DNA of 15,073 bases from Gemmatimonadota bacterium (GTDB taxonomy: Bacteria; Latescibacterota; UBA2968; UBA8231). Of the stretch, positions 8,242 through 14,183 are shown piece after piece. The position numbers and the translations under genes were made by a program. The stretch is from positions 1 to 15,073 of the forward strand of contig JAYPJE010000079.1 in assembly GCA_038128265.1 (NCBI GenBank). The letters are read 5' to 3'. Positions within the stretch are counted from its first letter, which is position 1. Each line of letters begins with the position of its first letter. The notes below the pieces were generated by a model. It was not told the origin of the DNA. It saw nothing but the letters and a program-made list of their open reading frames with translations, and made no database searches.

Positions 8242-8510
8242 ATGGCCCCCTGAACGGAGTGGAGCCCCGACCAAACGAGGTCGGGGCTCCATCCTGGGGC
8301 AACGCGGTAATGGACTTCAGCCCGCGTTAAAAGAGCGGGGGTTGCTGCCGGAACGCTGCCACTTCGAAGCCGCGTCCGCTCTGCGCTCGCCGCGTGCCAA
8401 CGGCATGCGGATGCTGCGACCCCGCTGTCACTGGGGCCATGGCAGAAACGGGGCTATCGCGCGCGAAAGCGGAAGCGAGGCGCTCCGATTAGAAAGCGCA
8501 AACCCCCTAT
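8242..8510 (-). ncRNA. Putative ~270-nt structured non-coding RNA, family unassigned
   Basis: Starts just downstream of an exact sigma28 promoter. Manually found helices: a three-way junction (8450-8507), a long-range closing stem (8433-8440 with 8242-8249), and hairpins at 8260-8291, 8301-8328, 8349-8378 and 8390-8410. No ORF with an SD. Confidence 0.6.
8260..8291. repeat. Perfect 13-bp inverted repeat with 6-nt loop
   Basis: TGGAGCCCCGACC-aaacga-GGTCGGGGCTCCA. No U-tract on either side. Confidence 0.9.
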
Positions 8511-8517
8511 TCAAACT

Positions 8518-8544
8518 ATATCGGCATTTTCATTAGCAACTTTA
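8518..8544 (-). promoter_or_regulatory. Sigma28 (FliA/SigD/WhiG-class) promoter
   Basis: Minus strand TAAA-gttgctaatgaaaat (15 nt)-GCCGATAT, matching the TAAA-N15-GCCGATA(A/T) consensus. The extended -35 TAAAGTTG matches 7 of 8 positions of TAAAGTTT. Confidence 0.8.
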
Positions 8545-8549
8545 ATGGC

Positions 8550-8606
8550 TTTGAAATAAAATAACATAAGTGTATTATTTACAATATTTTATAATATATT
8601 TAATTT
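8550..8606. promoter_or_regulatory. AT-rich tract upstream of the sigma28 promoter (UP element or nucleoid-protein binding region)
   Basis: Only 5 G/C in 57 nt in an otherwise GC-rich window, immediately upstream of the -35 box. Confidence 0.55.
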
Positions 8607-8624
8607 GTGTCGAAACCGGTCGTT

Positions 8625-9764
8625 TTATGGCAGCGAGATGCCTTTCCATGCGCAAATGCCCTCTAACAGACCGGCACCGAGGCGGCGATACGCCTCGCGA
8701 GTGAAGACGGTGTCCCCGCTGGCGGCATAGGGTATTTCTAACGTAAGACAGGGAATCTGCCACATGTCCCAAGCGTAGTTGTCGAGGGTGGCCTCCCCAT
8801 CCCAGCGCGACGGATAGTCCGGCTGGCGCAGCAGGTCGGCGTGGACGAGTTCGGTCGGCAGTGAGGGAGCGATGGCTTCGATCGCTTGGCGCGCCGCCTG
8901 CAACTGCAGTTCGGGTCGGCCCGCGCGCGGCAGAAAAAAGTAGGCGCCATCGGCTTCGCCCGGTCCCGGCGCGTGCAGGTCGAGCGCGAGGGTTGGAGTG
9001 CAGCGCTGATGCCAGCGCTGCATATCGCTCTGCACGACGCGGACTTCGTGGCGCATGGGCGGCGTGCTCCAAGCGCGGTTTAGGTCCCAGGGAAAGGGGT
9101 CTTTGCCATAATCGCCCTCTACCACGCCGTCCAAATGGGCTAGGGGCGTAGTCCATATTAGCAGCTGTGCGGGATCGAGGGCCTGTGCGGCGCGGCGCAG
9201 CAGGCCGTCGAGCACCCACGAGCCCGGCATCTCGCCGGCGTGCTGCCGCGCGATGGCGTAGAGACCCGGAACGCCGTCGCCTCGATAGCTATTGGCGAGG
9301 CGCGGCAGGGGGTTGCCTCGGCTTGTGACGCCGATGGGATCGAGTTCCCAATAGCTGCCGCAGGCGCTGCGCGTCATCTCCAAATCGCCCAGCGCGTAGG
9401 GATAGCAGAAAGCTACTTCAAACGCGTCATAGCTTGGCTCGATGCGCCAGACGACCTGATGGCGCCCGTCGTCTAGGGTTTCTACTGTACCCGCTGCAAG
9501 GCGCTCCCAGGTGGCGCCGGCCTGGCGCCATACGGGCCGTGTGCGCTGCCAATTATGCGCACCGCCCAAACAGGAGTCGACGTTGGTCAGCACGAGGTCG
9601 ACGGGGCGCTGGGAGCACTCGACGACGCGGAAGTAAAACCACAGCGCCTCGGTGCCGCCGTGCGGATCGGCGGCGAAATGGACGATGTCGCGCTCGGCCG
9701 TGGAGCGGATATCTACGGCACAGGCGTTGCCGCCGGGAAATTGAGTTTGCACGTGTAGCGACAT
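8625..9764 (-). CDS. M14 family zinc carboxypeptidase (Nna1/CCP-like)
   Basis: N-terminal 'FPGGN' and 'WFYF', 'AFCYPY', Zn ligands 'ARQHAGE' and 'LDLH', 'DLNR', catalytic 'LTLE'. Start set at ATG 9764 after GAGGGA; the longer ORF-track extension overlaps mnmD. Confidence 0.88.
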   Translation of the reverse strand: MSLHVQTQFPGGNACAVDIRSTAERDIVHFAADPHGGTEALWFYFRVVECSQRPVDLVLTNVDSCLGGAHNWQRTRPVWRQAGATWERLAAGTVETLDDGRHQVVWRIEPSYDAFEVAFCYPYALGDLEMTRSACGSYWELDPIGVTSRGNPLPRLANSYRGDGVPGLYAIARQHAGEMPGSWVLDGLLRRAAQALDPAQLLIWTTPLAHLDGVVEGDYGKDPFPWDLNRAWSTPPMRHEVRVVQSDMQRWHQRCTPTLALDLHAPGPGEADGAYFFLPRAGRPELQLQAARQAIEAIAPSLPTELVHADLLRQPDYPSRWDGEATLDNYAWDMWQIPCLTLEIPYAASGDTVFTREAYRRLGAGLLEGICAWKGISLP

Positions 9765-9836
9765 GGGCGTTTCCCTCGTGAATAATAGCTCTAACAAGAA
9801 CGCCAATTGATGCGCGCATGCCAAAGAGAGGATTGC

Positions 9837-10493
9837 ATGGATATCGTCGAAACGGCCGACGGCTCGCATACGCTCGCCTCGCCTTACCCGGGCGAGCACT
9901 ACCACTCGACGCACGGTGCGCTGTGCGAAGGCCAGCACGTATTTGTGCGCCACGGCGTGGCCGATCTCGGACCGCGCGCGCGCATCGGCGTGCTCGAAAT
10001 GGGGTTTGGCACGGGGCTTAACGCCCTGCTGACGCGGCTGTTTGCCCAGCAACATCGGCAGCCGATCGACTACGTGGCCATTGAAGCCAAACCGTTGGAT
10101 GCAGCGCTCGTCGCGCAGCTCAACTATCCGCAGATCATTGAGGAAGCCGGCGCGCGCTTCGCCGAGCTACACGATCTCGCATGGGGCTTGAATGCTCGCT
10201 TAGACGCGTTTTTTTCGCTGAAAAAAGTGCATGTGCGCATCGAAGAAGCCGATTTAAGTGAGCGCTTTGACGTGGTGTATTACGACGCCTTTGGTCCGGC
10301 CTATCAGCCGGAGCTGTGGACACGAGAAGCCTTTGCGCGCATGTACAAAGTGCTCGTTCCCGGAGGTGTTTTGGTTACCTACTGCGCCAAGGGGCAGGTC
10401 AAACGCGATCTGCGCGCGGTGGGCTTTGCGGTGGAGAGCCTGCCGGGACCACCCGGTAAGCGCGAGATGACGCGTGCGCGAAAGGGAGCATAG
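9837..10493 (+). CDS. mnmD: tRNA (5-methylaminomethyl-2-thiouridine)(34)-methyltransferase MnmD (stand-alone MnmC methyltransferase domain)
   Basis: 'TADGSHTL', 'EHYHSTHGA', 'LEMGFGTGLN', 'YYDAFGP...PELWT', 'TYCAKG', 'PGPPGKREM'. SD GAGAGGA upstream of ATG 9837. Confidence 0.88.
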   Translation: MDIVETADGSHTLASPYPGEHYHSTHGALCEGQHVFVRHGVADLGPRARIGVLEMGFGTGLNALLTRLFAQQHRQPIDYVAIEAKPLDAALVAQLNYPQIIEEAGARFAELHDLAWGLNARLDAFFSLKKVHVRIEEADLSERFDVVYYDAFGPAYQPELWTREAFARMYKVLVPGGVLVTYCAKGQVKRDLRAVGFAVESLPGPPGKREMTRARKGA

Positions 10494-10498
10494 GGTTT

Positions 10499-11092
10499 CT
10501 ATAGCGCGAGCAGCATGTCGTAGTTATTGGTGTCGCGCGTCTGGAACTGTCCGCATTCGACAAAACCCAATTTGCGATAGAAGTATTCGGCGCGCGGATT
10601 GTCGGCGCGCACGCCGCCCCACAGCACGATGCGCCGGCGCCCGAGCCGGCGCGCGGCGTCGACTAGCCGGGGGAACAGGGCACTGCCCAGGCCGCGCTCC
10701 TGATAGGCGTCGGCCACCGAAGGGGCCAGCGTGCAGTCGGTAGCCGGGTCGAGCGTCTGTCCGCGCTCGCGATAGCGCGCGGCGTCGCCGTCTAACACGC
10801 CGAGTCGCAGGATAAAGTAGGCGACGATGTGCTGTTCATCGAGGGCGAGAAAGCGCAGCGTGTGTCCGTAGTCTATGTCGCGGCAAAAGGCGTGCCCCTG
10901 CTCGGCGCTGAAGGGGTGAGGGCCGTATACGCGGCGCGTGGCTTCAGAGAGGTGAGTAAAGTAGTGAGCCAAGCGCTCACCGTCGTCGGAGCGGTGCAGT
11001 CGCGCCACGAGTGCGGTGCCGTCGCTTAACGCAATTTCTCCGTCCAATAGGTGCGGGTTGCGCTGTAGGTCGTTTCCCGTCAGCTCGCTCAT
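10499..11092 (-). CDS. GNAT family N-acetyltransferase
   Basis: Acetyl-CoA motif A 'VADAYQERGLGSAL' and motif B 'DNPRAEYFYRKLGF'. SD AAAGGAG. Confidence 0.9.
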   Translation of the reverse strand: MSELTGNDLQRNPHLLDGEIALSDGTALVARLHRSDDGERLAHYFTHLSEATRRVYGPHPFSAEQGHAFCRDIDYGHTLRFLALDEQHIVAYFILRLGVLDGDAARYRERGQTLDPATDCTLAPSVADAYQERGLGSALFPRLVDAARRLGRRRIVLWGGVRADNPRAEYFYRKLGFVECGQFQTRDTNNYDMLLAL

Positions 11093-11113
11093 GCCACGGC
11101 TCCTTTCTGCTGC

Positions 11114-12157
11114 TCAGTGTCCAATCAGTTTGTCGTAGATGGCCTGGGCGACGCGCGCGTTGCCGGCGCGATTAAAGTGTCCGTCGGTCGCGTAGTAGTA
11201 GCGCTGCGCATCTTCGCTGCCGTCCATATAATCCAGCAGGTCGAGTACGGCAATATCTTGGTCGCGACAGTACTGGGCCAGCAGCTGTCCGGGTTTGCGG
11301 CCCATTGACCAGCGGCCGACTAGACCATTTTCAACGGCGTAGCGCGGGTAGATAACGGCGATGGCCGGTCGTGCGCGGTTTGCTCTGGCGAGCGCTACAA
11401 AGTCGTCGATGAGCCCATAGGTGTGCTGCAGGAAGCGCTCTTCAGCAGAGAATGCGTAGCGCAGCCGCGGCGTCCACGCCTGCAGCGCCCAGGCGCGTAG
11501 CGCCAGGCTGGGCATCAGTGGGGCCAAGTGGCGGTGCAGTTCCGCGCGCAGCCGAGTGATCTGCCCTTCGTCATAGGCGAGGCGACCGTCTGCACCGACG
11601 TGTGAAATGGCGTTGGGAAGCAGGTCATTGCCCAAGAAGATGCCCAGCAGCATATAGTCGGCTTCTAGTTGCGGCGCAACGGCGTGCGCGGCAATGAGTG
11701 CCTGCACCGAGCTAAAGCCGATCATGGTGAAGTTATACACCCGCAGCGGCGTGTCCGCGCTAGTGCCGATGCGCTCTAGCTGGCCGGTGAGTGCGTGCTT
11801 CTCGTCTTGTCCCACGCCAAAAAGCATGGAATCGCCAACGATCAGCAGCTGCTGTTGGCGAGCATCGCGCGGCGCTATTTCTCGCGTGCGGAAGCCTAAG
11901 CTGTTGGTGCGGATTGTGTAGGTATACTCGTCGGTGCGGATGGTCTCGCTCGTGTTCGGGGTCAGCGCATAGCCAAAAGGGGGGCTGTGTGGTTGGTTGG
12001 TTGTCGGAATGACAAGTGAGTTGAGCAGGCGCTCGAATGCCAGTTGGAGAAAGGCCTCGTCGTCGGCATAGGCTGCGTAGCGCCCTCGTGCATACCATTC
12101 AACTAGTAGCAGGGGGGCGATCAAACAGACAAGGATAAAAAGGGCGTAGCGCCACAT
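11114..12157 (-). CDS. Membrane-anchored SGNH/GDSL family protein
   Basis: N-terminal TM (MWRYALFILVCLIAPLLLVE), 'TNSLGFR', 'VGDSMLFG', 'FLGND', 'DGHFNRAGN'. Start placed at ATG 12157 (weak SD). Confidence 0.82.
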   Translation of the reverse strand: MWRYALFILVCLIAPLLLVEWYARGRYAAYADDEAFLQLAFERLLNSLVIPTTNQPHSPPFGYALTPNTSETIRTDEYTYTIRTNSLGFRTREIAPRDARQQQLLIVGDSMLFGVGQDEKHALTGQLERIGTSADTPLRVYNFTMIGFSSVQALIAAHAVAPQLEADYMLLGIFLGNDLLPNAISHVGADGRLAYDEGQITRLRAELHRHLAPLMPSLALRAWALQAWTPRLRYAFSAEERFLQHTYGLIDDFVALARANRARPAIAVIYPRYAVENGLVGRWSMGRKPGQLLAQYCRDQDIAVLDLLDYMDGSEDAQRYYYATDGHFNRAGNARVAQAIYDKLIGH

Positions 12158-12194
12158 GGTCTTCTCTGTGCGGGTGCTGGGCTGGGTCCGTTGC

Positions 12195-12222
12195 TTGACA
12201 GTGCATGGGCGCTCAATAGATT
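12195..12222 (+). promoter_or_regulatory. Sigma70-type promoter for the outer-membrane barrel gene (possibly also uxuA)
   Basis: Perfect TTGACA (12195-12200), 16-nt spacer, TAGATT (12217-12222). Confidence 0.55.
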
Positions 12223-12312
12223 GCAGGTGGCGCGCTAGGAAAATATAGCGGGTAGAACGGCGTTGCGCACGGATGCACACTGTGCGCGAGTCTAATGCAG
12301 AGAAAGGTTTGT

Positions 12313-13077
12313 ATGAACGCAGCGATATACCGAGGAGTGATTGTAGGGACGTTGTGGTCGGCGTTGATGGCGTTGCCGCTGATGGCCCAAGTAAATATTG
12401 AACACTATCGGGGCAAAGAGGGCGTAACCGGCGGGGCGCGCCTCTCGCTGCACTCCAATATAGGCAATGTCGACGTCGTCAAAAGTGACGGGGCCGGCAA
12501 CCTGACGGTCAATACGGCAACGGGCACCTATTTGGCCGTGTTCAAAGGGGGCATTGGCTTTCTTGGCGGCAAGCGCTTTGCCAATAGCGGCGTGCTGCAC
12601 CTGCGCTATACGCACACCAACAATGCTCGCTGGCAGCCAGAGCTTTTCGCACAGGGCGACTACGCCAAATCGCGCCGGCTCGATCGGCGTCTGCTATGGG
12701 GAACGGGGATGCGTCGGGTCTGGCGCGCCGATAAGGCGACGGCTTTTTCTCTGGGCTCTGCGCTGATGTGGGAGCGCGAAACGCTTAACCTATTGGCGGG
12801 AGATATGCATCCGGCCAACACGTCGGTCTGGCGTTCGAGCAACTACTTGAATGCGCGCTTTAATCGGCGCATTGAGCTGTCGCTAACGGCCTATTATCAG
12901 TTCGCCTTGGGCGACATCGGAGATGCGCGCCTGCTCGGCACCGGCGAGTTGACTACGCCGCTTGTTGGTCCGCTCAGTCAGACGACGGCGATAGACTTTC
13001 GTTCGGACTCAGACCCGCCGCAGGGAGTCAAAAAGACCGACGTGAAGCTGTCTACCAGCTTTGGTGTCAGGTTTTGA
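12313..13077 (+). CDS. Outer-membrane beta-barrel protein, DUF481-like
   Basis: Signal peptide ending 'PLMA-QVNIE', alternating amphipathic strands, C-terminal aromatic beta-signal 'SFGVRF'. SD GAAAGG upstream of ATG 12313. Confidence 0.75.
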   Translation: MNAAIYRGVIVGTLWSALMALPLMAQVNIEHYRGKEGVTGGARLSLHSNIGNVDVVKSDGAGNLTVNTATGTYLAVFKGGIGFLGGKRFANSGVLHLRYTHTNNARWQPELFAQGDYAKSRRLDRRLLWGTGMRRVWRADKATAFSLGSALMWERETLNLLAGDMHPANTSVWRSSNYLNARFNRRIELSLTAYYQFALGDIGDARLLGTGELTTPLVGPLSQTTAIDFRSDSDPPQGVKKTDVKLSTSFGVRF

Positions 13078-13079
13078 TC

Positions 13080-13099
13080 GCGCGTCGGCAGCGACGCGC
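13080..13099 (+). other. Short intergenic hairpin
   Basis: GCGCGTCG-gcag-CGACGCGC, an 8-bp stem directly after the stop codon, with no U-tract. Confidence 0.5.
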
Positions 13100-13132
13100 T
13101 GGGCAACGCTCGTTAGAAAAGGAGAATAGATC

Positions 13133-14134
13133 GTGGGAATAAACAACTATCCGATAGGCATTGGTTTTCTAACGCAGGTCACGCCTGAGCGCATGCGCTA
13201 TATGGCGCAGATGGGTGCCGAGCACGTCGTGACTTCACTGCCCGGGGGTGGGCGCAATCGCAACGGCGATGTGTGGACCTTTGAAGGCATGCTGGCACAG
13301 CGCAATGAGGTCGAAAGCTACGGGCTCAAACTGTCGGTCTACGAAGGCATTCCGGTGCCGCAGCGAGTTAAACTGGGCGAAGAGGGGCGCGACGAAGATA
13401 TCGAAAACTACTGCGAGTCGATCCGCAATATGGGGCGGGCGGGCATACCCACTCTCTGCTATAACTGGATGGTGGGCTTTGGTTGGCTTCGCACCGATTT
13501 TACGACGCCGGCGCGCGGAGGGGCCGTCGTGACGACTTATCGCCACGCCGATTTTGAGCGCGGTGGTCTGACGCCACTGGGCGAGATCTCCGAAGAGCAG
13601 CTGTGGGACAGCTTGGCATATTTCCTCAACGCCGTAGTGCCCGTTGCCGAGGAAGCAGGCGTCAAGCTAGCCATGCATCCAGACGATCCTCCACGCTCGC
13701 CGGTGCGCGGTATCGGTCGCATTATGACCAGCCCAGAAAATTTTCAGCGCATGCTCGATATGGTCGATAGCCCGGCCAACGGCCTGACTTATTGCCAGGG
13801 ATGCTTTACGGAAATGAACATCGATAACCCGACCTGGATTCGCCGCTTTGCAGAGCAGGGGCGTCTGCACTTTGCCCACTATCGCAACATTAATAAGGGT
13901 GGTCATGCCGACGAATTTTCCGAGACTTTTCACGATGAGGAGGGGGAAGCGGATATGTACGAGGCAATGAAAACGTATATTGACGTCGGTTTTAACGGGC
14001 CAATGCGGCCGGACCACGCGCCGACGATGGAGGGCGAAAACAACGATCACCCCGGCTATGCTCTGCAGGGCCGTCTGATGGCCGTTGGCTATATGAAAGG
14101 GCTGATGGAAGCGATTGTAAAATCGCGCCGATAG
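13133..14134 (+). CDS. uxuA: Mannonate dehydratase (UxuA family)
   Basis: 'LCYNWM', 'LWDSLAYFLNAVVPVAEEAGVKLAMHPDDPP', 'SPANGLTYCQG', 'MRPDHAP', 'PGYALQGR'. GTG start after AAAGGAG. Confidence 0.9.
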   Translation: MGINNYPIGIGFLTQVTPERMRYMAQMGAEHVVTSLPGGGRNRNGDVWTFEGMLAQRNEVESYGLKLSVYEGIPVPQRVKLGEEGRDEDIENYCESIRNMGRAGIPTLCYNWMVGFGWLRTDFTTPARGGAVVTTYRHADFERGGLTPLGEISEEQLWDSLAYFLNAVVPVAEEAGVKLAMHPDDPPRSPVRGIGRIMTSPENFQRMLDMVDSPANGLTYCQGCFTEMNIDNPTWIRRFAEQGRLHFAHYRNINKGGHADEFSETFHDEEGEADMYEAMKTYIDVGFNGPMRPDHAPTMEGENNDHPGYALQGRLMAVGYMKGLMEAIVKSRR

Positions 14135-14182
14135 GCATATAGGGCGGCAGCGGGTGTGCCGTTTCGCTGCCGCCCTATATGC
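14135..14182. terminator. 18-bp perfect inverted repeat between convergent genes (probable bidirectional terminator or 3'-end stabiliser)
   Basis: GCATATAGGGCGGCAGCG (14135-14152), 12-nt loop, CGCTGCCGCCCTATATGC (14165-14182). It fills almost the whole intergenic gap. Confidence 0.65.
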
Positions 14183-14183
14183 G

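Noticed and set aside
8327..8440. 37-aa minus-strand ORF (MAPVTAGSQHPHAVG...PPLF) inside the sigma28 transcript
   Set aside because: No SD, the ATG is buried in the closing helix, and there is no recognisable motif. Ribosome profiling would be needed to exclude it fully.
8275..8460. Lysine or cobalamin riboswitch-like words on the plus strand (GAGGTC, GCTGTCA, GGGCTATC, CACTGGG)
   Set aside because: The required P1 pairing and conserved cores are missing, and no plus-strand gene lies downstream.
8242..8510. Assignment as tmRNA, RNase P RNA, SRP RNA, 6S RNA or retron msr-msd
   Set aside because: There is no tRNA-like acceptor end or tag ORF, no GAGGAAAGUCC, and no SRP helix-8 motif. The fold is branched instead of the 6S rod, and no RT gene is present. 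A divergent 6S can only be excluded by a covariance-model search.
8342..8536. 64-aa plus-strand ORF from the ORF track
   Set aside because: TTG start without a convincing SD, no protein features, and it runs across the sigma28 promoter.
8559..8585. dif/XerD-like site (minus strand ...AAATAA-tacac-TTATGTTAttt)
   Set aside because: TTATGTTA matches most of the XerD arm, but the central region is 5 bp instead of 6 and the XerC arm is poor. A chance match is likely in AT-rich DNA.
9765..10055. 97-aa N-terminal extension of the M14 peptidase in the ORF track
   Set aside because: It overlaps mnmD on the opposite strand, and ATG 9764 has a good SD where the family motifs begin.
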